This document shows positions 13,772 through 27,860 of a stretch of 64,000 bases of DNA, one piece after another. Position numbers and translations under genes: made by a program. Source of the stretch: Syncephalis fuscata S228 (taxonomy: Eukaryota > Fungi > Zoopagomycota). The notes under the pieces are model-generated. The model saw nothing but the letters and a program-made list of their open reading frames with translations. It did no database searches and had not been told where the DNA came from. The stretch covers positions 124,001-188,000 of the forward strand of contig JAHLTZ010000016.1 in the NCBI GenBank assembly GCA_025786725.1, given 5' to 3'. The first letter of the stretch is position 1; every line of letters begins with the position of its first letter.

Positions 13772-15016
13772 ATGTCGAACGAATCGTTTACCTCCACCAC
13801 AGCTGAAGCAGCGGCCATTGCCGCCGTTGCCGCCGCCGCCATGAACGGAGGCAACCATGGCCATAACAACAACACTAATAATACAGCCTTTGATGCCTGG
13901 GTGGTCCAAGAAGTTCAACGCGCGTTATTTTCGCCAACAGCCGCTACGCCGCTATTCGACTCGTTTACATCGCCAGTGATGGGTACAGCAACGATGAGCG
14001 ATTTTATGGATACGCCACTATTCAACGACATGGACGACTTTCCTATGCAAACTGAAGCGAATGACGATTTTAGCAGTCTATTTCCTACTTCAAACGTTGC
14101 TACAAACAATGGCAATACGACAACTGCGCCACCTGTCTCTGCTGCTTCAATGTTTGGACAAAAGGCTACTGCGGCTATCGTTGCTGCGGCTAATGCTGCC
14201 GCGGCTGCCGCATCCTCTTCAGCTACGTCGACACCACTTACCGTATCACACGATCTATTTCCTGATATGATGAACACGTCGATGGCCGATAATGGCCATA
14301 ATAAGGCAATGTCCGTTTCATGGACTGGCGACATGAACGATCCTAGCAGCGAACAGCTAATGGGCGCAATGCCTGCCACTTTTGGCAGTACAAAAGTAAA
14401 GGCCATGCCTGACGGTAGTTTTGCGGTAACTACAAAGCGTGGCACTATGACTATTAGTTCGTCGCAGGTTAGCGAGCTCTTAAGCGGCTCAGCAAAACGT
14501 AAGCGGCCTACACCACCATCATCGGTTCATTTAGCACGACCAGGACCAACACCTGCGCCACTTGGTGCTGGCGGCGTACGATTGCTTGCATCGACTGCGC
14601 CTTCGCCCGCTACACCCATGCTTGACTCCATGATGATGCCGCCATCTATAACAACACCTCCAATGCAACAACAAACTGTACATAATAATAATAGTATAAG
14701 CATTACAGGCATTCATCCCGAATCACCACCGGGCGATAATATGGATGCGCTTACTTTGAAGCGATTTAAAAACACTGCAGCAGCACAGCGATCACGTCTA
14801 CGTAAAGTACTAAAGATGGAGGCACTTGAGCGACGTGTACGCGAACTAGAGACGGACAATGTCGATTTACGTACAAAATTAGCAGTTATGGATAACGAAC
14901 GTTCTAGCTGGCGCTTAAAAGAGGAGGAGATGCGTGAACAAGTGCGTACTCTTGAACGACGCCTTGATGAAGCACATCGCTCATTACGCGAAGGAATCGG
15001 TGGCCGTCGCGACTAA
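13772..15016 (+). CDS. GCN4: bZIP transcription factor, Gcn4/CpcA (cross-pathway control)-like
   Basis: Basic region 'KRFKNTAAAQRSRLRK' followed by a leucine zipper. 'DTPLF...FSSLFP' resembles the Gcn4 central activation-domain motif TPMF...WTSLF. Intronless 414 aa ORF. Confidence 0.75.
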   Translation: MSNESFTSTTAEAAAIAAVAAAAMNGGNHGHNNNTNNTAFDAWVVQEVQRALFSPTAATPLFDSFTSPVMGTATMSDFMDTPLFNDMDDFPMQTEANDDFSSLFPTSNVATNNGNTTTAPPVSAASMFGQKATAAIVAAANAAAAAASSSATSTPLTVSHDLFPDMMNTSMADNGHNKAMSVSWTGDMNDPSSEQLMGAMPATFGSTKVKAMPDGSFAVTTKRGTMTISSSQVSELLSGSAKRKRPTPPSSVHLARPGPTPAPLGAGGVRLLASTAPSPATPMLDSMMMPPSITTPPMQQQTVHNNNSISITGIHPESPPGDNMDALTLKRFKNTAAAQRSRLRKVLKMEALERRVRELETDNVDLRTKLAVMDNERSSWRLKEEEMREQVRTLERRLDEAHRSLREGIGGRRD

Positions 15017-16441
15017 TGATCTTCAATAATTTACTATAACATTTTCTTTATTTTCAATTCTTTATTCTCACACTCGTCAATAATCAGCACATCTTTTGAT
15101 GCCTTATTAACGAACACTTTCATTTTGATGATTGATTTGTATGCAGAAAGCAATTCCTTTTCTTTTTTAATTTTTGAACCATTTTAATTGACTTTTAAGA
15201 TTTAATAAACACTAGTCAAAAACATTAAATCTTTTTAATATTATGTTGTATACATGTCTATTTTATCATTTGTATATGTAATAAGAACATGACCAATAAC
15301 TAATATCATATAATCATTATACTCATGCTATTGATATAAAAATACTACTGCCATGTACCAACTTGATGAGCAATTTATTTGTGTGCAACTTGAAATTATT
15401 ATATAATTTATTTTATCAACAATTATTAATCACTTATTGTGATTTTTTTGGAAAGGGGTCAAATGACTATATTCAATTATATTCGCGTAACTGAACTAGC
15501 CATTCGTTCTAGCAAGGATGGAGCTGGGTGGCAAATTTTATTAATAATCAGAATACTCATTATCGTAGCTTTACTATCTAGTATGCATAGATCCTCTATC
15601 CATCCATCACATCCATATTATATACCTGTACTATTTTATAGCAATCTATCATATACTGATTGCATACTAATAATAAATAGCCATTTGTTTAGTGCTAGTC
15701 ATATCATTTGTAGATTTTAACTCGATTCACTTAGATACACAATGCATATATAGTACTTTATCATTAATACTGATATATTTTCTATAGTAATTCATTTCAA
15801 TTCGTAGTATTTTATTAAAACTGGCTGTTTTTAAAAAAGAAAATAGCAAATTAGATATAAGCCAGAATAGTCAATGTTTTATTTTTTAAATATCTATGCC
15901 AAGCGCAGTCAAGGTTATGATGTCATTAGTGAAGTAGTGGGTGTAGCAAACTCAAGTCATTTGACACATAAGACCATTCACTATCATATAACATATTAAA
16001 GGTAAATATTAATATGCCAAAGGATTAAATAACAAACAAAGAGTCGATCTACCACTAATGCAAGCGTAATAATGGAACACAATGAAAGTAAACTAGTTAA
16101 TGCATTAAAATTAAGTGAAATGATTATGGTTTACAACAAGGACAGGTATAATTATAGAACATGTCGTCATTAAAACTGTGCTATGACTCAGTAGCTATCA
16201 CTTTGGTATTTAAAAACAAAGGATTTTCGTATACAAACTATTTTCTGTCTTACCATACTAATAAACAGCACGCAACTATAGCTGCACGTTCCTTGGCACT
16301 AGTAACTGCGAGCGGCCTTTCCCATCTACTACTCGTTATCCATTAGCCTGTGTTCTCATCATCTCTTTTCTCTTCACTCAGTATAGCTCTGCCATCATCC
16401 CATCACTTTTACTGCATACACAACACTTTAGCACCTTCTTC

Positions 16442-17972
16442 ATGCCAATTTACGGTCAAAAAGCCGCCTTGGGCACTTTGGAAGTGCGGCCGATAGCTGG
16501 CCGTGAATTGAAGGAAAAGGATATCATCTCTAAGCAGGATCCATACCTTGAAATTACCTGTGGCTCAGAAAAGCATGCCACCAAGCCAGACAAGCGAGGT
16601 GGTCGTAAGCCACAATGGAGCGATGTACTACGCTACGACATCCTCGAAGGCAGCAACCAGCTATTTGTTAAAGCATTTGCCGCCAGCCTTAACGAATCCA
16701 AGTTTATTGGCGAATTTCCAGTCGAGTTGAAACAAGTATTTACCGACCGCCAGTTTGATGGTAAGTTAGCTGTATTGAGTCACATGATATAGGTTTACTG
16801 AAAGTGATGAGCATAGGCTGGTTTGAATTAAAAGATCGTGGTAGATATGCTGGCGAGATTTACCTAGAATTGACGTTCTATCGACCAGTAAGTGGCTATA
16901 GATCTAAGCAATAGCATAATCTAATATTTGATTACTAGGGAGACCCTGTGGTAAATCCAACGCTTAATCTGAACAGTAGTTCGGCTCCTGTCAAGCAGTC
17001 CAACTCGATTCATCGGCCATCGGCCAACACAGCTTCTGGCCAAAACCAGCCACTGAAGCAGCAGCAGCGGCACTGGCAGCATCAGCAGCAGCAGCAGCAG
17101 TAAAACCACCCACGCAATATGCACCACCAGCCAATCCTACGCCACCACGACCACCTTCTCCTACAACTAAGCCTACATCGCCTCTTGCTCATCCACACAA
17201 TCCACCTAAATATGGTCACCAAGGTTCATCTTATCCACCTTCAGCTCAAAGCAGCGCTGGGTCATCAGTTGGTTATAACAATACGTCACCAACGCCGTAT
17301 CCACCTACATCCAACTCTGGCACTACGTCATATCCACCCACATCCAACTCTGGTGTTACGCCGTATCCACCACCACCAAAACCACATTCGCCCGCTACTA
17401 CAGCGGCTCATTCACCTAACGTAGCTGCGCCCTATCCACCGCCGCCATCTGCTTCGGCACCTTATCCACCTGTAGCACAGTCACCTAATCATGGTTATGG
17501 ACATTCTCCAGCACAGCATCCAATGGGCTATCCACCTCAGGTTACTCCGTCGCCTATGAGCAGTCCAGCCTACCCACCCTCCAATGTCTATCCACCTATG
17601 GCATCTACAGCATATCCACCACCTTCAAATATGTATCCGCCGCCTGCTGGGCCGCAACAGCCATTTGCTGGCGGACTTTATCCACCTTCACCACCCATGG
17701 GTTCACGTATATATCAACAACAACAACAGCAGCAGCAACAACAACACTATGGCGGTGGTGGTATTTATCCACCACCAATGGGTGGCGGTCCAGGTGGATT
17801 TGCTCTTCCTCCAGCTAATACGCATTATAATGCAGGCGGTATTTATCCACCAATGTCCAATACATCTCCCAACTCTATGCCTATGACCTCGTCAGTATCA
17901 TCGGGCCCACCATTACCACCACGCGTTGGTGGATTTGCTATGCCGCGACGGGCATCTAATGCTGATCACTAA
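16442..17972 (+). CDS. N-terminal C2 domain plus long proline-rich tail protein (Fic1/Inn1-like)
   Basis: C2 domain 'GTLEVRPIAGRELKEKDIISKQDPY...HATKPDKRGGRKPQW...FIGE...|WFELKDRGRYAGEIYLELTFY'. Introns at ~16761-16816 and ~16888-16938. Tail has many YPP/PxxP motifs including PPLPPR. Confidence 0.75.
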
Positions 17973-18238
17973 GTATTAGTTATATTTTATCATTATGGCT
18001 CCTTTGTGTTTTAAAAGAAAATATTCTTTTACTAATGCTATTAATTGTTATTATTATTATTACGAATATAAAGTATTTTAAAGGACATTACTATTTATTA
18101 AATACTATTAAATGTTATTATTATTACAAATATGTTATTTAGATATGTTGTTTAGTTAAATGTTATTAATTGCTACAAGTATTACAAATATAAAGCATTA
18201 TCACAAATGTATTTATTCAGATATGTTATTCAGATTTG

Positions 18239-19039
18239 TTAAGCAGCCTCTAATGGAGGTGTTCCAATGTCGATAATTGCCTTATTATCAAATACTTCAG
18301 CAACATGAACATCGGATGATGCAGATGCCGCATTGGCTACATTAAACGCATCTCTTATCATGGCACGAGCTACAACAGCAACTGGCACTCGCGTTTTATC
18401 TTCGCCAAATATAGCGGCAATACCTGGCATTACCCAGTTGACAGCAATGTTTTCAAGTGGGCGTGAAGGACCATCTCGCTCTTTTTCGGTTACTAAAAAG
18501 GCTGGTTGGTAGATAGAAAGATGAGGGAAATCTAGCTCCTTAAGTCCCTTTTCAATTTCACCTTTAGTGCGTGGATATAAGAAGAGTGAATTGGGACTAG
18601 CTGATGTTGATGAGACGTAGAGGAAGTGTTCAGTGCCTGATTTTTTTGCCTGTTTTGCAGCAGCAAGTACGTAATCACGGTCGATGCGACGGAAAGCTTC
18701 ATCTGAACCTGCTTGCTTGCGTGTAGTGCCCATACTGCAAAATACAATGTCGTATCCTTCAAGCAGCTTAGACTGCGACTGTTCTGTCGTAGTCGCTCCT
18801 TCTTGCTTTTCCGCTGCCTCGGTTTCAGTTAGCAGCTTCTCATAGTCAAGTGTGACTTGACGTAAACGTTCAGAGCCTGGTCCTTCGTAGCTAACGGGGC
18901 GACGACCGGCGGCAGTAACGCGGGCAAACGTTTTTGACTGCAGTAATTCACGGACAAGTGCCGAGCCGATAGCACCCGTGCCACCTAATACTAGTACGTT
19001 TAATTCTTTAGCACCAGCAACGTTCATAGTATCGGTCAT
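18239..19039 (-). CDS. Atypical SDR oxidoreductase, HTATIP2(TIP30)/Fmp52 family
   Basis: 'VLVLGGTGAIG', 'FCSMGTTRKQAGSDEAFRRIDRDY', 'VSSTSASPNSLFLYPRTKGEIE'. First ATG at 19039. Intronless. Confidence 0.9.
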   Translation of the reverse strand: MTDTMNVAGAKELNVLVLGGTGAIGSALVRELLQSKTFARVTAAGRRPVSYEGPGSERLRQVTLDYEKLLTETEAAEKQEGATTTEQSQSKLLEGYDIVFCSMGTTRKQAGSDEAFRRIDRDYVLAAAKQAKKSGTEHFLYVSSTSASPNSLFLYPRTKGEIEKGLKELDFPHLSIYQPAFLVTEKERDGPSRPLENIAVNWVMPGIAAIFGEDKTRVPVAVVARAMIRDAFNVANAASASSDVHVAEVFDNKAIIDIGTPPLEAA

Positions 19040-20460
19040 AGTGATAAAGGTATTAAAGAAAAATGGAATAAAGGGATAAGATTTGGCAAAAAAATAGTGA
19101 TCACCTGAGTTATCGACAAAGGCAGGTGTAGCTATGGCGTCCAATTACTGTCGCCAAGACGGGCAAATATGGCGTTTCATTAGATTCTGCCATAATTGTA
19201 GTTACCAAAGTCATTTATTAATAATCTGAATCAATAATATATAAAAAAGACACACTATGCATGATAGAATGAATACATAGTTTATTATCATTGTGAAGAA
19301 AGCAAGCAACCTTATGGCAGTAAATTTATTAACAATACTATTGTGGCCAGTCAGTTTTAAATGGCGTGATTTCAAATTAAAAATGACTCAAATATATTGT
19401 TTAGTAAATATTGCTTTCGATTAAAGCAAAGTGTTATCGTTATGTCAGAGAAAAAAAGAAAGAGGATGATTTTCTGCCATTAAATTCAATAAATTTCACT
19501 GCTATATTTTGACTTAATGTAATAATACCAAGTATGTTAATATTATCACATCACAAGCAGTATACACACCATGCTGCAATCTTTACAATTGTGCGCAACA
19601 TGTACTATGCTTTGATCAAGAGGGCTTAATGTTGTTCGGTGCTTTATGCCGACAACTCCAATTTGTCAAAATAGTCAATATAATAAATTCCGTGAATTCA
19701 TTGGATTATTAAGCAGTATTTCGATAGCACACAGTATCTTGTAAATTCGATCGTATTATAGGCAGTTAAAACGCTATAATACAGCCACAAATCACACTAA
19801 AGACAAAAGAAAAAGGAAACATATAAATAGTTGCTAATTCAACGCCACATTGTATTATCGCTTTATAAACTGTTGATCAAATAAGATTGAAATTAATACT
19901 TTAAATTTAGATAGCTGCCTTTGTTACAAAGTTTTTTAAATGCCGATGCATTATCATTATACTTGAAAGTGAAGCTATTACTGTAGCATAAACCGATTGG
20001 TGTATTTGCTATATAGGCATGTAGCAATAAAAGTAATTATAAAAACCCAACTGGTGGTTGCGTTTAGCTTTAGCTGAGATTAGACCATGCGTTGTTTTCA
20101 ATAAATCTTGAATTTTGCAGATAAGTGCATACATTATCCAAGCATGCGATACCCCAATTAATCCATGCTAGTCGGATAAGTCGATGCCTGTGCTGTAATA
20201 TACCGGATTTTGCCTTAGTATAGCCAATAGGCTGAATAAATGAGCAGTATGGATAGTTTGCACTGACAGCAACATTCATCGCACTCTTCACCATCATTTG
20301 CAACACAGGCTCAAGGTTAAACTGTGCGATACTACTCTTTAACCAAATCTCCACTTGATCAATTGTTTTTTTTTTAAATTAATTATATATATATGTATGT
20401 ATAGCAACTTTGTATATTTTATTTTGCCACAAATATATACATTGCTTATAATAATTATCA

Positions 20461-21468
20461 ATGCCAATATATTATAATAACGAGATACTGGGGGATGACT
20501 GGCAAAACAATGCCACCATAATACTCGGAGCACCGCTGCATCCACTTGGAGAACTAGATACGACAACATTTACGTTGCAAAATTTAAATACAAATGACTT
20601 TAATCGCTCTATCATTGGTATCAATCATCAGCTTTTACTTGATACAATAATTGGTTATATATTTGCAAGAAACCTGGTTATGGCGATTAAAATGGTTATA
20701 AAGCGGCCACGTATTCTTTCCGGCTGGCTTTGTTTAATTTCCTCATTATCTGGCTTTAGCTGGGTCATTTGTGTGGCCATGGGTGTGCTTTATGCAGCTT
20801 TAAACTGTCGAGGTGTAATGTGGTGGTTAGTTTGCGGCCTCACCATATCATCAATAAGTAATAGTATGATTGTACTGCAAAAAGCATACTTGATACTATT
20901 CCGTAAACGTTGGATTCTAATCGTTGGAATTATATCTACCTTGCCGCAGGTAGCCATTTTCATCGTTACATGGCGGGTATGTCCAGTTGCTTATCATCCT
21001 GATCGTGGCTGCACATTCTATTATCCTCCATATCTTCCATGGGTTTGGATGGGTGTCGAAGCACCTAGTCACTAATGTTTTCGTCAATTTTCTCGTATGT
21101 TGCGTATAAGCAATATCAAATGTTTGGCTCTAGTGCGTGGAAGCGGCTGGCACGTGACGGAATACAAACCATGTGCTCAGTAATCTTGTGCAAGCTGATA
21201 TGTGGACTAATCATTGTATTTGATATTTTTGGTGGGCTTTCTGAGATGTTTGTACTTGTTGATTGGTAGGTAGCATGAAGCAAAATCATACAGCAGACTT
21301 ACATTGTAAATTAGGCTTGTATCTTCAACGATTTTAGTATATCATTGCAGAGGTATAAGAAATACAGGCAGCGTATCAAATAAGCCAAGAACGGCACATA
21401 TACTCCATATTTCCCAAATTGCTACTGCCAAAGACACTGTTTATCTCGAATACAATCAAATGGATTAG
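20461..21468 (+). CDS. Orphan seven-transmembrane (GPCR-like) protein
   Basis: Seven hydrophobic segments across ORFs 20461-21075 and 21075-21269 (one frameshift ~21073) and a last exon after intron 21266-21314. Cys at the top of TM3 and in loop 'DRGCTF'. N-glycosylation sequon NAT in the N-terminus. Confidence 0.7.
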
Positions 21469-22310
21469 ATTGTTGAATTTAATTTACATTTAATTCGTTA
21501 AGATTGCAGACAATTTTTATATAGACTAAATATGTTATTACTCATTAGATTAGAGCTAATTAAATTATATAAATCTTTACTCTGTTATCACTAAAATATG
21601 TTCACAGTAAATATAAATATTTTAATTGTTTCATTATCTAAAATTATCTGATTTAATTTATCAAAACCAAAACCAGCTTACTCAAGGCTTAAAGATGTCA
21701 AGCTGCATATTATCTTACTGTCTAATTATATTAAATTAATAGCAACCAATGATTAAAACATATACACGCTACTTAATGGCCTGTGTAATACGTATGTAAA
21801 ATAAATATAGATTGTTAAATAATTTGTTTTTGTACATGTAAAAATAATTTATAGTGCTAAAGAAATCATTTTTACAGCTGTAATTTCCTGGTTCAATTTT
21901 TGCATAAATATTTTTAAAGAAATCTAAGGCCTTTTCTACCAAGCTTTATAAAAGCTATTATTTAATTAACATTTATAGGTTAAACTGGTTGTACACTTGT
22001 GAAGTAGCATAAGTAACAGTTATCTATATGTTTATTATAAAGAAATATAGCACGTTTTATACCTATTTAAACACAAACAGCAAGTATAGCTATATTAACA
22101 ATAGGATTGTTGATAATATTAATTGCGATGTAGTGTAACCGTCGGTTTCATGCAGCTCGACAAGGGGTAACTAATTGCCATGTCCACATGATGTTACAAT
22201 TTTATAATAAAATTTGTTTTCAATCTTTTTCATTATTTGAAAATTAAATACTGCATCATATACTAGCACATAATATAGCTGTTTATTCTAGACTATATCA
22301 ACAACTCAAC

Positions 22311-24232
22311 ATGTACTCTAGCTTATGCATTGCAGCTATTCTTTTGGCATCTGCTGCCACCGCTTCATATGCTATTGAGCATATTGCAGTTACTCCAATT
22401 ATTCCAGAATTAGTACAAAGTCCGAAATTCGTAGTATGTCATCTATGCTAAACAAATACAACCCACCGCCATCATTAGTGCCTCGCAGTCCACAAGATGC
22501 TGCACTTGAATTTGCTCGTTCGCAACTTAATGTTAAAAAAAGCAATTTTATTGTGTTAGATTCTTACAAACCAAAACCAGCGGCACTACTCATGTCTATC
22601 TTCAACAAACTGTTAATGGCGTTAAAGTATCCAACGGTCGTATAGGTGTCCACATAGACAAAACAACAAAGTAATTGCATATGACGACAGTTTTTACAAA
22701 AACAATTCTGTCGCTCAACAATCTAAGAGATGGAATGGCCAAACTAATGGATTTGTATCACCAGTCGATGCCTTCCGTGCATTTACCGTACATATTAAAC
22801 AAAAATTTGATACGAGCAAAGTAACAGTCGTTCCACAATTTAATACGCCAGGGGCCAATCATACTTGATTAAAAATGTCGGATTTACTAAGCAAAACGTT
22901 AAAGTATCTCAGTCATACGTACAATTCAGCTCTGATCAACTTGTGCCTGTTTGGGAATTTTACGTCAAAATGCCACTAAATTTCTTTCATGTTCAAGTCT
23001 CTGCTGATGGTACCAAAATTATTTCAATCAGGGATTTAGTTCGATTTGCCAGTTATGAGGTCGTTAAAGTTGGCAACAATAATCCTATTGACACGCCACG
23101 AGAACTTGTTACGAATCCAGCCGACAGAGTTGCATCTCCCAACGGCTGGCACTCTAGTGGCTACATACATTTACAAACACCACAGGCAATAATGTTATTG
23201 CTCAAGAAAATTACGATGGCGATTTTAGTAATCAGAAGCCACATTATTTGCCTGCGGCGGAGCTGATTTGAACTTTGATTTTTCTTTTGATCCTAAGAAA
23301 AATCCAAAAGATAATATCGATGCATCGATTACCAATGCATTCTACATAGCCAACACAATGCACGACGTTTTATACCACTACGGGTTTGATGAGGTAGCAG
23401 GAAATTATCAGGAAGATAATTATGGCAAAGGTGGATTAGGTGATGATGCCATTACGGTTAATGTACTTACATATTACAACGACCCACTCAGCCCCATGAA
23501 GAATGATGCCTTTTTTGAGCCTGCACCTGATGGTGAACGTGCTATATTATGTCTAATGGTTTTTAATAGCACAGTGCCAGAGCGTGATAGTGCATTTTCA
23601 AATGATATAGTAGCACATGAGTATGGGCACGGAGTCTCAACACGATTGGTTGGTGGTCCAAGCAATACGGATTGCTTAACAGGCTACGAAGGCTGGGGCA
23701 TAGGCGAAGGATGGGGCGACTTTTTCGCTTACTGGATGGAGATGAAGGCAACAGATAACTCTACTAAGCTATTTGAGGTTGGCAAATATCCAAATGCTGC
23801 TGGTCTACGTGAATATCCATACTCAACCAACATGGCTACAAATCCATATACATATAAGAGTCTGGGCAACAGTGACTGGAATCTGGAGCTACATGTTGTT
23901 GGTGCAATATGGGCCACAGTGCTGTACGAAGTATACTGGAGTTTGGTCAACAAACTTGGCTTCCAAGAAGACATATATTCCGCCGACATCACAAAAGGCA
24001 ATACACTTATGCTTCAAATTGTGGTCGACGGAATGAAGTACAACCATGTAATCCAACATTTATTACAGCTCGAAATGCCATAATTCAAGCTGAGCAGCAG
24101 CTTACAGGTGGTAGATATGCTTGTGACATTTGGCGTGGATTTGCCAAACGTGGATTAGGCACTGAGGCTGAAATGAGCGCCGATAAAAAGCGAACTGAAA
24201 GCACAGAGTTGCCTGGAAAGTGTGCAACTTAA
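22311..24232 (+). CDS. Secreted fungalysin (M36) metalloprotease, intronless, multiply frameshifted (possible pseudogene)
   Basis: Signal peptide 'MYSSLCIAAILLASAATA', propeptide, 'ASPNGWH', 'YHYGFDEVAGNYQ', zinc motif 'HEYGHG' (~23616), 'GEGWGD', 'CNPTFITARNAIIQA...IWRGFAKRGLG'. About six frameshifts. Confidence 0.9.
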
Positions 24233-24563
24233 GCAATCCAATCATTTCATGGATAATAACGATGCTTGGCTAATATTCATGATAATTATTAATAAATGGC
24301 TTTTATTCTACTGCATTTCATTAGTACAAATGTGATCAATTATCAAATATTTTATGCCATATAAAACTATATGTAACAATAAAAATGCTGCGTTATTTGC
24401 TAATAATATAAAAAGCAAAAAGCGTTAATGATATTTTAATATATTTAAATAATTTATTGAATACGATTAATCTATAGCAAATAATATGTACTATTGATTG
24501 TGCAATATAAATTTAAAGTAATTTGCAATTATGTTTATAGTTATTGCCAAAAACTTTTTAGAT

Positions 24564-25497
24564 TGAACTGTACTTTGACTCCCACATCTGTCTTCAAAGC
24601 ACAATTAGCTTCAATCAGAGTCATGTCGTTATGATGCACAACATAGTTATATTACTTTCTATCAAAATATTGTTAGTAGATTGATTTAAATAAACAATAT
24701 AACATACTATTTGATTTCTTTGAAACATTTGAAGTTGATTATTGCTGTTGTTAGTCATATGTAGAAAGATTGATCGAATATTGATAAAAGCCATATAATC
24801 GCGATTCCATGTTGTTCCGCATTACTTCTGTTGCTTGTTTGTCATACTGCACATCAAACTATTATATGATCTATTTCTTTTCTATTTTGTTTCTGTTTAC
24901 TTGAACCACGTTTGCATATTAGAATAATTATATTTAATAATTAAAGTCGTTGTTATAGATCATATTACCAATAAATTACTGGGTGTAATGGGAAATACAA
25001 TAAAAGGCAATGTTTCTTAAAGACGAGTGTAGTCATAGAAGGTGTTATTGTTAGAATAATGAAATATAATCATATTTTAGAAGATGCAGCAATAGACCAA
25101 TAGTTTATATGAGTGAATAAATAGTGTGATGTCAATGCCAGCAGAAACGTGCACAGTCTATTCAGTACAATGGCCAGTGGTAAACCAAGGCTTTCTGATT
25201 TCTTATCATTTATTACTATAAAAAATCAAACTAACACAGTTACATCAACTTTATAATCAAATGTAGCATTTTATTGTAAGTAAAATGAAATACTATTTAA
25301 CATTTATTAACACTAATATCACATATTGGAAATAGTGCAGATTAATTGACTCGAATAATAATTCGTCAATCAGTTTTTACTACTGTGAAGTGGTATTTGT
25401 TGAAACAGTGTCATATCAACTTCGATTGAATTAATCAGAGCTATGGATCTTTTTGGCTCAGTTTGAAGCTAGGAACTCAAAGCAAAGTAGCTCCATT
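24564..25497. repeat. Dispersed degenerate repeat family, copy B (inverted relative to 4428-4978, with an extra internal segment)
   Basis: Reverse-complement similarity blocks at 24564-24600, 24740-24830, 25269-25350 and 25450-25497. Confidence 0.75.
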
Positions 25498-25738
25498 GAC
25501 ACATTTAATGTGTAAGTAAAATACATTATATTATTGCATTTAATTCAAAAATACTAATAAGCTTTATTAAGCCTTGAATAAAAACTTATACTTTTGCGCT
25601 TCTATCATTGCATATCATGACTCTTATAAGACATCAGATGATGCAACTATTGTGACGTTTAGATTGAAAGCAATGATTAGTTTTTAATATTGCCATCGCT
25701 TAGTAATCTTTTCGCTTCTATTTTATTTTATTTTCAAT

Positions 25739-26607
25739 ATGAGTTCGCCGCTAGCATTCCCCAGTCTTGCTGCATTGCAGGGAAAGCGTATTGTGCTTGC
25801 CTCGACTTCACCGCGTCGTCGAGAGATTCTCTCTTTATTGGTAGGCAAATAGAATGACGCTCATGACAACTAACTGACAGAACAATAGGGCGTATCTTTT
25901 GATATAGTACCTAGTTTGTTTGAAGAAACGTTGGATAAATCGCTATTTGCGCATCCTCGCGACTATGTAATGGAAAATGGTCGTTGCAAGGCTGCCGAGG
26001 TTTATGAACGACTATATAAGCCACTTTTGGGCCAAGAGCAAACAAAGGTATGGATACGCTACTGTAACTTACCGCTGCTTATTTCAAATACATAGGAAGT
26101 GATGCCGTCACTCATTATCGGTGCTGATACGGTGTTGTCTTGGATAACAAGATTCTTGAAAAACCAAGATCGCGTGAACAAGCACTAAGTATGCTGGCCA
26201 GTCTACGCAATAAGGAACACTTTGTGTATACAGGTGTTACACTGATGTTCGTGCATCCAAATGGCCCACAAGTACACACATTTTTCGATGAAACTACCGT
26301 CATTATGAACGACTTTAGCGACGGCGATCTAGAAGCATACGTAAACACAGGTGATTCAATGTAGGTAACAAAGTTATTTATACCTTTTTATTAATTGCTA
26401 TTATTTAGGGACAAAGCAGGAGGTTATGGAATTCAAAGTTTGTCCGCCTGTCTCGTCAAAGGTGTTCATGGCGATTTCCACAATGTGGTAAGCTAGCTAT
26501 TGCTATCTGTATTTAATCACTCATTCCAATGTTTATAGGCCGGATTTCCACTGAGTCGTATATACTTGGAATTGACCAAGCTACTGGAACAAGGTGCACT
26601 TGCTTAG
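25739..26607 (+). CDS. Maf-like nucleoside triphosphate pyrophosphatase (ASMTL N-terminal/YhdE family)
   Basis: 'RIVLASTSPRRREIL', 'PSLFEETLDK', 'LIIGADTVL...ILEKP', 'DKAGGYGIQ', 'GDFHNV.GFP'. Five introns. Confidence 0.92.
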
Positions 26608-26854
26608 CCATGATTGATTATCACTATTAAAAGAGAATTTACAGCTATCTACACAATTCTATAGCTGCACAAATAAAATCTTTTAATAAACACGCTTACA
26701 AACTGATACTTGAGCTATAAAACACATTTACTATTCATTAATAGCCAAGTCTAGCTATTTTACAGTATCCCATTACACAATTAAACCAAATTAAACCATT
26801 TATTCATCTTTCGCCATCATCGCTATAATAGCATTCAGTGCCGATTAATACCAA

Positions 26855-27733
<879 letters not shown>

Positions 27734-27860
27734 TGTAGTAAAGAATGACACGCCAAAGTAGTTAAAATAAGGAAAAGGAAGAGGATATCAACTTGCAAAC
27801 ATTTGTGTTTGCCAAATTCATTTAATTTTATTACACTTGGCAGATGCAAATTAACACATT

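Noticed and set aside
13915-14445. 176-aa minus-strand ORF and similar antisense ORFs over BEM1, NOT3, eRF3 and M14
   Set aside because: They fully overlap well-supported genes on the opposite strand and have no recognisable motifs.
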